Below, piece by piece: positions 52,141 through 64,000 of a DNA stretch of 64,000 bases (its first letter is position 1; each line of letters starts with the position of its first letter). The translations under genes were made by a program, and so were the position numbers. The DNA is taken from the NCBI GenBank assembly GCA_964016885.1, contig OZ024752.1, forward strand, positions 17,236,001 through 17,300,000, given 5' to 3'. Origin of the DNA: Eledone cirrhosa (taxonomy: Eukaryota). Under the pieces are notes generated by a model, which was given only the letters and a program-made list of their open reading frames with translations, was not told where the DNA came from and did not search any database.

Positions 52141-52334
52141 CCCATACATATATGCGTGTGTATATATATATAGGAACAAGTAAGACCCCGACGGCTGAGC
52201 TCAAGCCGTTTCGACGGCTAATTCTGGACTGTTCCTATTACCCACTCTACTACCCTAAGTATTGAGTACTTTGGTGCGTTATGGTCCACCTGGTTCCTTA
52301 CCACTTTTCCTTCGTTATATATATATATATATAT

Positions 52335-52712
52335 AAAGAATTAGTATATCTACCAACATATGTATACCTATGCTAGCAAATATATATGTTATGTCTTAGT
52401 AACTTTGTGGTTCTATGCAAGGGGATGCAGAACAATTATATGAAAGACGTAAAATAAGAAAATTATTAAAATTAACTTACTTACTAAAATTTTCACTCCA
52501 ACTAATTAGTTTCTGTAAGGGAATAAATATAGTTACGCAACGCAACCATAGAGAAATCCTTACGTCATCAGGGAGTCTATTCTCAGCTAAGGATTTCTCT
52601 ATGGTTGCGTTGCGTAACTATATTTATTCCCTTACAGAAACTAATTAGTTGGAGTGAAAATTTTAGTAAGTAAGTTAATTTTAATAATTTTCTTATTTTA
52701 CGTCTTTCATAT
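52335..52712. mobile_element. Inverted fragment of the 546-bp family with an intact hammerhead at 52495-52576 (-)
   Basis: ACUCC-CUGAUGA-c-GUAAGG..UAUGGUUGCG-uug-CGUAACUAUA..CCUUAC-a-GAAA-CUAAUUAG-UU-GGAGU; fold-back at ~52588; (TA)n on both sides. Confidence 0.85.
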
Positions 52713-53804
52713 ATATATATATATGAATAAAGTTAGTCCTTCATCAGTGATCTTCCAACCTTCATTGGTATTTCATCGCTTTATAGACCATATACCTCCG
52801 GTTGGTGCGAGCAACGGCTAAAGAAAGTCGTTGGGACACGTAAATAAGGGGAACGAGCGAGACTGTAAACAAACAAAGATGGTAATGCAACGAAAAGTGA
52901 GGAAGAAAGAGTCAAGGCCCAGATTTCCATGAATATAAGTTCGGTGAAATCGTGAACGAGAGAGAATAAAGACCATCCAACCTAGTCGAAATGTGACCCA
53001 GGAAGGAATTTCGCACAGGTCAAACGGGAGGAAGAAGGAGTCTAGTCCCTTAATTCGGTGAACATAAGTTCTGTGAAATTATAGACAAGAGAGAAAAAAG
53101 GAACAACCAGCCTGGTTAAGCGTGCGCGAGAAAAGAATTACGCACAGGTGAAACGGGAGGAAGTAGGAGAGGTAGTAGCAGAGAGTGAGTGAGTGAAGGG
53201 CGATGAAGAGGCTAACAGAGAGAGTGACTGTTAGAGAGGGTAAAGGGAGGTGAAAGATACAGAGAAAGAGGAAGCAGTAAGAACGAATATATATATATAT
53301 ATATATTGGTAAACGGAATAGAAAATGCTGACAAATTGTTCACAGTGGAAAATAGTTTAATTAGGAATAAATGAGAATTAGTAATTGTATTGGTTAGTAT
53401 TCAGTTTTGGTTTTAAGTTTTACCGGTTGCGCATTTCTAAATGCTTTTCAAAAATAATTTTGAGATAGAGCGTCCGTGATGTTTGCTCCGATCTGATTAG
53501 TTTTGGGAATTCTACCTGTTTTTATGTTAAAAAAGTGGCTCCAGCGCTATTAAAATTGGTTTTTGCGCCAATTCGTGTTGCAAAAATTCTTGTGGTCAAA
53601 ACAATTTTGATTGGTCGGTAGAGGTCATGTGAATGTAAAAAATTGATTTTGCGCCAAGACTGAGAAATGACTCTTTCACAACAAATATGTGTGTATGTGT
53701 GTGTGTGTGTAGTAGTAGTAAAGTGTTCGTTGTTGTGATAATGGTTAGCAGGGATGTGTGTGCGAACCGCAGCCTGTTGACAGTTCAAATGCTTATTAAG
53801 ACAC

Positions 53805-53888
<84 letters not shown>

Positions 53889-54217
53889 CAGAGTAATTCG
53901 TGGTAGAGGGATGGTCAGTAGGAATGTGTCTGTAAGTGAGTGGGGGATATTTTAACATGTTAAAAGATATTTTTCATCTGTCTTATACGGAGAAGTGTGT
54001 GTGTGTGTGTGTGTATGTGTGTGTTTGTATATAAGTCTCTTTGTATGTTAATGTACGCGTGTGTATGTGTGCGTGTGTGAGAATGTGTGTGTGTGTGTGT
54101 GGGTGGACCAGTATTTTTTTCCTGGTAAAATGGTGTACATTATTCGATATTTTCAGTAAAATCGATTCTCTCAATAGAACATCAAAAACCTTAACAATAA
54201 AAGGTGTGAAATGATAT

Positions 54218-54259
<42 letters not shown>

Positions 54260-54396
54260 TTCACTATATATATATATTTTTTTTTGTGTTGCACCATAGA
54301 ACATGTGTGTTTACGTATGTCATTGTGTTTATATGTGGGTAGAGATGTGTGCTGATGTAGGTATGTATGTTGACGTGTGTATGTTGTGGGTTCGTC

Positions 54397-55478
54397 TTAG
54401 GGAGAAGTGTTTAGACGGGGTCCGTATTTGTTAATAAAGTAAGATTCCTTGCTGATGCGCTGGGTGTGGGTGGCATTATCTTTAAATTTGCAGAGGGGAA
54501 AGATTCTGAAGTTGGGATGATTTTGGGCGGCACAGGTATCAATGTGTTCACTCAGTGGTATTTTCCTGTATTCCCGTATTTTAATTTGGGATCTATGGAC
54601 AGTCATGCGTTGGCGGAGGCTGTTTTTGGTCTGGCCTATGTATTGTTCTCGACAACCTGAGCAAGTTAATACATATATTAGATTTTCCAATGCACATGTG
54701 AAATTGTGTTTTACTATAAAACGTTGTCCTTCTTTGAAATAGAATTCCGAACCCTCTATTAGGTTGATGCAAATGCCACAGTTGGGTCTATCGCATTTTT
54801 TTACTGTGGGTTTTGTTGTTGTGGTTGGCAGTACTTTGGCATGTGTTAGGATGTTTTTCATTGACTTAGATTGTCTTTTGCTCTTTATGATATCGTGTGT
54901 TCGTAGGATTTGGTTCATTCTATGGTCCTTTTTCAACACAGGGATGTTCTGGAGGATGGTGTCGAAGGCCTCATTGTTGAGGGGGTTGTGTGTGGAACTT
55001 TTAGTTTCGGTTGATTTACTTTAGGGTGTCTAAGGTCCTGGGTACTGAGTTTTAGGGCACGTTGGAATCAATTGTCAATTAGTGATGCAGGGTAGTCCCT
55101 GCCTATGAGTGTGTCCTTTAGTTCTTGTAGCCGTAAGTAGCAGGTGTTTTTATTGGAGACTATAGTACAGATTCTCTTGGCTAAGTTGTAGGGAATATTA
55201 ATTTTAACGTGTCTAGGGTGGCAAGAGTTGAAAGGAAGATATTGCTTGGAGTCTGTGGGCTTGTAGTATATGTCTGTTTCTATTTTTTGTTATGGATCTT
55301 AATGAGGATGTCGAGGAAGGGGAGTTGTTGATGGCTGTATTCCATCGTGAAGTTAATATTCGTGTTGAGCCCATTTATAAGGGTGTAAAATTCTTTAAGT
55401 TTTTCGATGTTTTCGTGCCAAAGGATGAAGCAGTCATCTAGATATCGCTTCCAGGGGTTTGGGGATGTGCTGAACAAC
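54397..55478 (-). mobile_element. Penelope-like element fragment (RT C-terminus + GIY-YIG)
   Basis: WKRYLDDCF, FTME..LPFLD (55280-55477); NLIYVLTCSGCREQYIGQTKNSLRQRMTVH..E..I..LN (54397-54939). Confidence 0.9.
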
Positions 55479-56092
55479 TCCTAATCAACAAAACTGCGAT
55501 GTCGGAGGTGCGACAACTTAGGAGGAATATGACTACAGTCTGGCTGGACTACAGGAAAGCTTTCGATTCTTTTCCCCACTCTTGGATGATAGAGGCCCTC
55601 CAACTTGCTAATGTCCCAGACATTATTGTCAGAGCCATAGAGAGGATGTCTTCTTCTTGGGCTACTATCCTAAGGTTAAAGACAGAGAGGGAGAACTCTA
55701 TTTTCACTGATAAAATAAAATATTGCAGGGGTATATTTCAGGGGGACACTCTCTCTGTGATATTATTCATCTTGTTATTAAACCCCTTGTCCTTTCTGCT
55801 CAAGAACTGTGAGGGATACATCATTGGCTCACAGGAGGACAGAAATACGAACCTAACCCATAATTTCTTTGTGGACGATCTGAAACTCTATGCCAAGAAC
55901 ATGGATGGGCTGAAGAAAAATCTTGACCTGGTTACAACGTTCTCAAAGGATATAGGAATGGAGTTTGGCCAAGATAAATGCTCATACATGACTGTAAAGC
56001 GGGCAAAAACAACAACCCAATCTAGCAACATTGTCATCAATGGCCTGACTGTTTCACCGATATCTTATGAGGACTGCTACAGATACCTGGGG
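55470..56092 (+). mobile_element. R4/Dong-type RT internal fragment
   Basis: WLDYRKAFDSFPHSW, GIFQGDTLS, HNFFVDDLKLY, YRYLG. Confidence 0.88.
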
Positions 56093-56621
56093 ACAGAATT
56101 CATAGTTGGAGCATACACACTCACCAGGGTAGCATATCTTCCCTTGTCCAGCGGAAATCTCATGGGCATAAGACGCTCACTAATCCCTACTGGGAACTCT
56201 TCTAATTTATTCACAAGTACAGTCTTAACAGCAAATCCTACCCCAGCCTCTCTTCTGGTTCCTTCATCTCTTCCTTTCCAGAAGAATGTATATTCTCCAC
56301 AAAATTCCGTAAGATGACCATCTCCAGCTAACCTCGTCACAGATAAAGCCACGATGTCAAGATCGTAACGTCGAAGCTCCTTTGCAACAACAGCGGTCCT
56401 TCGTTCAGGACGCTCCAAAGAATCCCTGTCAAGCAGCGTCCGTACGTTCCAGCAGCCAAGACTAAATGCCCTGTTTGGCTCTATTACAATGGCACGATGA
56501 CGAGCGGGCCCAGGCTGTGATAACTTGGGGCCCCTGCCCTTATTGCCAATGATCTTTTTTGTTCCAGAACCTAAATTGCCAATTATCTCTTTTACATTGT
56601 TCTGGAACATCATTGAATTGG

Positions 56622-56652
<31 letters not shown>

Positions 56653-56657
56653 TAATA

Positions 56658-56706
<49 letters not shown>
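56093..56706 (-). mobile_element. Near-identical duplicate of the RTE 5' segment and its A-run/(TAA)n flank at 4694-5283
   Basis: Peptide MMFQNNVKEII...YAPTMNSV differs at only a few residues. Confidence 0.9.
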
Positions 56707-56707
<1 letters not shown>

Positions 56708-56835
56708 CGCTCCCGTAAGTTTTGAATTTTTAACATATTTAAATCATTTGTGAAATAACAACTCTTAGTACAAATGCTACGTAAAGCACCCGGCTTGAGC
56801 CCCCAAAAATTCGGACCCAAAATATATTGTTATAA

Positions 56836-57501
56836 GGCTCAAATATTCAAATATTCAACTTTGTATTGTACACTGTATATCCAAAAAAAAATGGCTATAA
56901 ATGGAAGAAGAAGAACCCCCCCTCCTCTCCTCTGGCTACACTATATAGGACAGCTAAACTCACCAACACCAGAAACTAGATACACCGCCCACCCCATCAT
57001 CTGTGTACACTAAACACAACAGCATTTTCACCTTCACCGCCACCGCTCACTACGGCCATCATTACCACCACTATCCCATCACCGCCGCCACCACCCCTTG
57101 ACTCCTTCACTGCTGCTGCCACCGCTACAGCACCATCACTACAGTAATACGGCTCAAATATTCAAATATTCAACTTTGTATTGTACACTGTATATCCAAA
57201 AAAAAAATAAAAAAAAATAAAAAAATAAAATAAAATGGCTATAAATGGAAGAAGAAGAACCCCCCCCCCCCTCCTCTCCTCTGGCTACACTATATAGGAC
57301 AGCGAAACTCACCAACACCAGAAACTAGATACACCACCCACCCCATCATCTGTGTACACTAAACACAACAGCATTTTCACCTTCACCGCCACCGCTCACT
57401 ACGGCCATCATTACCACCACTATCCCATCACCGCCGCCACCACCCCCTGACTCCTTCACTGCTGCTGCCACCGCTACAGCACCATCACTACAGTAATACG
57501 G
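56836..57501 (+). repeat. Tandem duplication, two ~315-350-bp units
   Basis: GGCTCAAATATTCAAATATTCAACTTTG at 56836 and 57151; both units end TACAGTAATACGG. Confidence 0.85.
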
Positions 57502-57869
57502 TCGCATCACCGCCACCACTGCCTCGGTATCGACATCACCGCCACCACTGTCTCAGTATCGCCAACGCCGCTAGTCTCTGCTGGCTACCACTTCCACATT
57601 ATAGAATTCCTACTACTAACAAAGAGGAAGGCATCAAAATATATAGATAGACTCAAAAGAAAAAAGAAAAAACAAACAACAAAAGCAGCACAGCAACAAC
57701 AGTAAAAAACGAGAAAAACAGAGAAAAACAAAAACAAAAAAAGAAACCCCAAAAACGTAAAGAAAATAAGAATGAAGAGAGAAGCAGGCGGACGGACAGA
57801 GAAGAGGGGGGAAAAAGTAAAACTTAAAAAACAAAAACTAAGTCGGACATTCGAATACTACATTACAAT

Positions 57870-60800
57870 GAAACTTATGCTTATTCATTTTTGGGGCCCT
57901 TTCTGCCCGTGTGTTTGTTTGTTTATGTGTGTCCGTATACAGCGTGGTGATAATGCCACACAAGGGCCAAGTGGGATGGCGGATCCACAGATGGCTATGT
58001 AAACATACATTCGCCAATCCTCGATAAGAGTGTTTAAATATCGAACATAAACAGTTCGAATAACGGTGAAATGGAGACTAGAACGTCATGTGACAGACTC
58101 TCACCCAACAGGTGCCCCCTGGCTCAGCAGCAGGAACCTGACTGTCAACCAAATACTGCTGATGTTGGAGGAAGGAGAAGAAGGAAAGGGGCCAGAACCA
58201 ACTGGACGAAAGAATTGAATAGAACTGTTATGCAATGTTACCTGAAAAGTAACCCCAAGGAGAGGGGCTACAGGAGACGGAAAAATATTTCAAATTGACC
58301 CGCCCTATCTGACGAAATCGAATATAATGTATCGATTTTTGAGCGTAAGTGATCAGTTATTTCCCTTTGTTCTGTTTACATTGAGCGTCTGCGTGCAAAA
58401 ATTTAAAAAATTACGCTGGCTTTCTCAGCGTTTAAAATGACATTAACACAATAATTTTTACTTGAAAACAAGTCTATTTAAAGACTACCTAAAACAAGCA
58501 AATATTTCGTAAAAAAAAGCAAAAATTATATAAGTTTATTTAAAATATATGTATCTGTAAATTTCGTTAGGCGTGCAGTCAGTTTTATATATATAGATGA
58601 TAAACAATAATATCCTCTATGAGGTCACTAAACCTGCTAGAAACAGCAGCTAACTCTCCCTCATATCACACCCCTCCCTACTGTCTTAAATTTAGAAAAC
58701 ATATCCTCTATGAGGTCACTAAACCTGCTAGAAACAGCAGCTAACTCTCCCCCATATCACACCCCTCTCTACTGTCTTAAATTTAGAAAACATATCTTCT
58801 ATGAGGTCACTAAACCTGCTAGAAACAGCAGCTAACTCTCCCTCATATCACACCACTCCCTACTGTCTTAAATTTAGAAAACACATATCCTCTATGAGGT
58901 CACTAAACCTGCTAGAAACAACAGCTAACTCTCCCTCATATCACAACCCTCCCTACTGTCTTAAATTTAGAAAACACACAGACAACCATGCAGAACAACT
59001 CCATCGCAGCTCTGTTGTTCGGCTGGCATCGTCTACTCGCGTGTTGCGCAAGTACTGTGAAACAGTAAATTTCAACACTTTTTTGCACAGAGATAATATC
59101 CATAGGCGAAACTACAATTGTCACTGCTGGCGCAGCTCATGCTTCCAGGTCTGCAATTCATTCACCCAGTGCCTGGCAGACAAAAAAGTGCTGCAACCTA
59201 ACTTTGGTAACTTAATGACCCCGAGCAACGCCGGGCTTTAATGCTAGTCCTCGATAAGAGTGTTTAAATATCGAACATAAACAGTTCGAATAACGGTGAA
59301 ATGGAGACTAGAACGTCATGTGACAGACTCTCACCCAACAGGTGCCCCCTGGCTCAGCAGCAGGAACCTGACTGTCAACCAAATACTGCTGATGTTGGAG
59401 GAAGAAGAAGAAGGAAAGGGGCCAGAACCAACTGGACGAAAGAATTGAATAGAACTGTTATGCAATGCTACCTGAAAAGTAACCCCAAGGAGAGGGGCTA
59501 CAGGAGACGGATGCATAACATCTGGAACGAGATTGGTTTATTTAAATTAGATGAACAAAAATTGGCCGGGCAGGCTCGGGTAATAAGAACTAATGGGTGG
59601 ATAAGCGAGCTGGAACTGGAGGAACTGAGCAGAGAGAATGGCTTGGAGATGGCGGGTGTAGTATGCCAGACAAGCGAGCCAGTGGGAAATGAAGGTGAAG
59701 AGGTCCTGAGAACGGAGGAACCACCCGAAGCAGACAATGATCTGAATACTGAGATAAATAATACCTGGAACAGAGATACGGCCACCGAGGAGATGAATGC
59801 TGACGGGCTAGGACAAGATTCGGTTGACATCCTAAATTTAGTGGTAGATGAATTGAACAATGATAGTGGGAGACCTATGAACCTAAGATTTGTAGACAGG
59901 AAAAAGTTAAAAGAAACAACAGCTAAGGTAAACAAAGTCATCCCATACCTTGAGGCGAGGAGCCTTCACCAGTGCAACAATATCCTCAAAGCAACAGCAA
60001 ATACGGTGAGGAAACTACTTGGTATAAAAGCGAGAGGAAACAACAGACAAGAAAGAGCAGAGCCGTGGTGGAAGAAGCGACTGAGTGGGCAAATCGGGGA
60101 AATGAGAAATGACATAGGAAAGCTTGAGTCACTACTGAATGGGACACTAAAAAACATAGGCACTAAAAATAGACTGGAAATAAAATACAAAACTAGGAGG
60201 AAAAAGCTAAATATTATCATAGAGGAACTGAAGCAACGCATTGTAGCAAAGAGTGCAAAAATCAGGCGATACGAGAACAGAGTCAGTCAGTATAAACAGA
60301 ACCGCATGTTCGACAACAACCAGAAGATGCTGTTTGGACAGCTTGAGGGGAAAGAAAGAGGCAACGACTTGATCCCTGGGGCGGAGCAAACTAAAACATT
60401 CTGGAGAGGAATATGGGAGCAGGATGTTAGACACAATGCCCAGGCAGGGTGGATTGAGACAGTACAGAGGGAGATCGGTGAGCAGGCACAACAACAAACT
60501 GATTTGAGTATCACAGTTGAAACTCTTAAGGGGCAGGCCAAAAAACTAACCAACTGGAAATCACCAGGCCCAGATGGTGTGCAGGGGTATTGGATTAAAC
60601 ATTTAACATCCCTCCACCCGAAGCTGACGGCCATGTTCAATGACTGCTTGGTGTCGGGTGAGGTGCCAGAGTGGTTGACAAAAGGTACCACAGTTCTGAT
60701 AATGAAAGACCGAATCAAGGGTAATGATGTTACCAACTATAGACCTATCACATGTCTGTCCGTAATGTGGAAACTGTTGACGAGCATTGTGTCTGAGGAA

Positions 60801-62798
60801 ATCTACCATCACCTCCACACAAACAACTTGTTACCGGACGAACAGAAAGGATGCCGAAAGAAGTCACGTGGTACAAAGGACCAGTTACTTATTGATAAGA
60901 TGGTAATGGGGAATTGCAGGAGGAGACACACTGATCTTGCCATGGGATGGATAGACTACAGAAAGGCATTTGACATGGTGCCTCATTCCTGGATCACCAA
61001 AAGCCTGGAGATCTTCAGGGTGGCAGATAACATCAGACAGTTGCTAGGCAGGAGTATGGGGTCCTGGGAGACAGAGTTGACATCAACTGGAGTATCCTTG
61101 GGAAGCGTGAAGATCAAGAGAGGTATCTTCCAGGGAGATAGCCTGTCCCCTCTGTTGTTTGTCCTTGCCCTGATGCCCTTGACCATTATGCTGCGAAAAG
61201 TGAGAGCAGGATACAAGTTGGGAAGGGGAGAGCTTACCATCAATCACCTCCTCTTCATGGACGATCTTAAGCTCTTCGGGAAAAGTGAGAAGGAGTTGGA
61301 TGTGCTTGTTGACACTGTCCGTATTTTCAGCAGTGATATATGTATGCAGTTTGGTATTGGTAAATGTGGAGTCATTGTGATGAAGAGGGGTAGGTTGAGC
61401 AGAAGTAACGGGATCCAGATACCAACAGGTGAGATGATAAAAAGGAAATTGACTCTGAGGAAGGATACAAGTATTTGGGCGTTCTGGAGGCTGATGGCAT
61501 AAAGAACAAAAAAATGAAGGAATTGTTAAGAACTGAATACATTCGAAGAGTAAGGAGCGTATTGAAGTCACATCTGAACAGCAGAAATGCCATAAGCGCA
61601 GTAAATTCCCGAGCTGTGTCTATTATTAGGTACAGTGCGGGAATTCTGAGATGGAATGTTGCTGAACAAAAAGAAATGGATAGGAAGACTAGGAAGCTAT
61701 TGACTATCTACAACATGTTCCACAAGAGGAGTGATGTCGATAGACTCTACCTAAGGAGATCTGAGGGTGGAAGAGGTCTTATCAGCATAGAGGACTGTGT
61801 TCAGATGGAGAAAAACAACCTATACAAATACGTGACCTATAGTAAGGAGCCAATGCTCAGAACTGTACTGAAGGAGGGGACAGTAGGCCAGGGGATGTCC
61901 AAGGAGGAAATAACATCAAGGAGGAAGAGCAGCCTTAAGGGAAAATCCCTTCATAGTACCTTCTTTGAGAAAACTGAATTTAGAGATCCACAGACATGGA
62001 ACTGGTTGAGAAGAGGAGACCTCAAAAAGGCTACAGAAGGAATGATAATGGCTGCGCAGGAGCAGGCCCTCAAAACGAAGTGGTTGAAGCACCATATCTA
62101 CAAGGAGGAGGCTAGCCCACTGTGCAGGATCTGTGGAGAGAGAGAGGAGACTGTGGCTCACATTGTGTCCGAGTGTAAACACCTAGCCCAGACCCACTAT
62201 AAGGGCTGGAGACACGATGTGATGGGCAGGGTGATCCACTGGCACCTGTGCAAAGTAAACAATTTACCACATTCTGAGAAATGGTATGAGCATAGGCCAG
62301 AGGCGGTGATGGAGAACAATCAGGTGAAGGTGCTGTGGGATTTTAGGATACAGACGGACAAAAAACTGGAACACAATAGACCTGACCTGGTGGTTGTGGA
62401 CAAAGAAAAAAGAACGTGTCTGATTGTGGATGTGGCCTGCCCGTTCGACACGAGAGTGCAAGAGAAGGAGAGGGAGAAAATTAACCGATACCAGGACCTA
62501 AAGTGGGAGGTGAAAAGGATTTGGAACTGCCATGAAGTCAAAATGATCCCGATTGTCATAGGCGCACTGGGGACTATCTCCAAAAGTTTCCAGGGATGGT
62601 TAAAGAAAATCGGCCCCTTCACGCTTTTTGGAACGCTTCAAAAGGCATGCTTGCTTGGAACAGCAAGAACCCTCCGATACGTCCTGAATATCTGAGGCTG
62701 CAGGTAGTGGCTTGATATTCAATCCAACGGACTTTCCAGTTAACCAACATCAATGACTGAGATTCAAGGAATAACAACAACAATAATAATAATAATAA
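57870..62798 (+). mobile_element. Nearly full-length R4/Dong-clade non-LTR retrotransposon (Myb-like N-terminus, RT, CCHC, RLE, (TAA)n tail); one frameshift; 5' end interrupted
   Basis: ORF 59301-61502 (WTKELN..QCY, KSPGPDG, YRPITC, IDYRKAFD, GIFQGDSLSP, LFMDD) frameshifts near 61440 into 61475-62695 (CRIC..ETVAHIVSEC, RHD, RPDLVV..VDVACP). Confidence 0.95.
58282..59247. mobile_element. Composite Helitron-type insertion: Helitron 5' end on - (58597), 4 x 91-93-bp tandem repeat, Helitron 3' end on +
   Basis: A|TCTATATATATAAAA on - starting at 58597; ATGAGGTCACTAAACC at 58619, 58710, 58801 and 58894; CCCGAGC-AAC-GCCGGG hairpin then CTAG|T at 59244-59248. Confidence 0.75.
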
Positions 62799-62799
62799 T

Positions 62800-64000
62800 G
62801 ATTTCTTTATTAACCACAAGGGTTTACATAAAGTAGACATTAAGGACAGTGCAGGACAATGCAGGACGGTACAAATGGGCATTTCTGCGTGTAAAAAACA
62901 AAAACAGAGGATGTAACAAAAAATAACAATGAAAAATTCCCCAATAGGGGGGGAGACTTCGGAGGGACATTTGTGGAGAAAGCCCAGTAAAAAGCCACAA
63001 TGACCCTGACCACCAAGGCAAGTGCCCTCTCCCAGTTTTCCACCTTTAATTTACAGATATATACTCAGAGTAGGCCCATTCACTCGGGCCATTCTTGCTT
63101 CTCTCACCCATCTTTCAACAAAATGCTGGGAAGAGAGCACTTCCCTCTCTACTCTAATTTTCCTTTTCAAATGAAATTTGAAAAAGTCAATCAGAGCATC
63201 ACCGAAGAGGTAAGTGCTCGTCTTCAGCCCTTTCAAACGTGTCCACCATACTATCTCTTTCGCCATGGCCACCGGACACATAAAAACTGCCTGCCCTTCC
63301 CGGCTAAAGGAGGAGGGCGGGGCAATCCTCACGATGGACTCAGATGATAGCCGGATCCGTCCTAGACGCGACAGCAGGTGTTCGACATAAACCCACAAGT
63401 CAGCAATTTTCGGACACTGGACGAGTGCGTGCAGGACGGTTTCGTCGCCCTGCGCGCATCTCGGACATGCCCGGCTGACGGCACCTCCATGCCTGTAGAG
63501 TTTATCCCGAACTGGCAAGGCTCCTCGGTAGCACTGCCAGGCCAGAGATTTCTGGAAGTTGTCCATAGGCCCCGGCCCGAAAGTTCTTCCGAAGAGATTG
63601 GCTAGTTGATTTTCGTCGACGCCTAGAGTTTCCCAAAGTACGTCGTCGCTCTTCCCCTCCACTAATCCTCTATAGAACGCCGAGGTGGAGTTTCCACCGA
63701 TCACATTGCCCGATTGGTCGAGGGCTGTGAGCGCCTGAAGACATTCCAGTCTCCAGGCGCTCCCTCTCGGTCTTCGCTTGACCCAGGACTGCAGCTCCGT
63801 CAAGGAAACGAGCTGGGGAAATACGCGCCTAGCAAACGGCGACCACACCTGATCACCGTCGAGGAAGAGGTGGAGATGTCGTAGCCTGAGCGCGTGCCTG
63901 CGCATCATCAGCCACGGCACGCCCAGCCCTCCACGTAGCGGGTGTTGACAACAGATGGACCGCCTGACCATCGGAGCACGTCCCTTCCACAAAAAGCGAA
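62800..64000 (-). mobile_element. Tx1/L1-clade LINE 3' part running off the window end
   Basis: ORF 63051-63992 homologous to 6842-8194 (GGLG, CPRC..ETVLHALVQC); tail-to-tail with the Dong element across (TAA)n. Confidence 0.9.

Noticed and set aside
52730-52760. CUGAUGA-AGGACUA on - (also CUGACGA at ~32965)
   Set aside because: Only the 5' half is present, so it is not counted as a complete ribozyme.
58305-58345. CTGACGA-AATCGA..TCGATT as a hammerhead
   Set aside because: The hairpin is present but the GAAA half of the core is absent; it lies inside Helitron-like sequence.
58801-59241. 146-aa ORF with repeats
   Set aside because: Translation of the 91-93-bp tandem repeat inside the Helitron-type insertion.

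Overview
Eukaryotic, AT-rich, microsatellite-dense animal DNA, made up almost entirely of transposable elements. The SINE/LINE repertoire suggests a cephalopod mollusc, but that is inference. The only credible host gene is a minus-strand GT11 alpha-1,2-fucosyltransferase (coding exon 46014-47257) with a mucin-like tandem-repeat stem. The rest comprises RTE/RTE-X, R4/Dong, CRE-like and Tx1-like LINEs, Penelope (RT + GIY-YIG) fragments, tRNA-derived SINEs, Helitrons, a hAT-Charlie fossil and a 28-bp satellite. The main hidden signal is non-coding. Read by eye, the window holds about 20 type-I hammerhead ribozyme motifs from roughly a dozen sequence families. Many sit one per unit in ORF-less partial-tandem repeats (units 309, 546, 556 and 656 bp), usually with an inverted partial copy and often next to (TA)n. 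This looks like Penelope-mobilised, retrozyme-like elements that could yield circular RNAs. Compensatory changes between families support the fold. Non-canonical variants recur: a U3:A8 core, U-U or C-A at the base of stem II, long branched stem II, and palindromic stem III. All coordinates were counted by hand; element boundaries are approximate.
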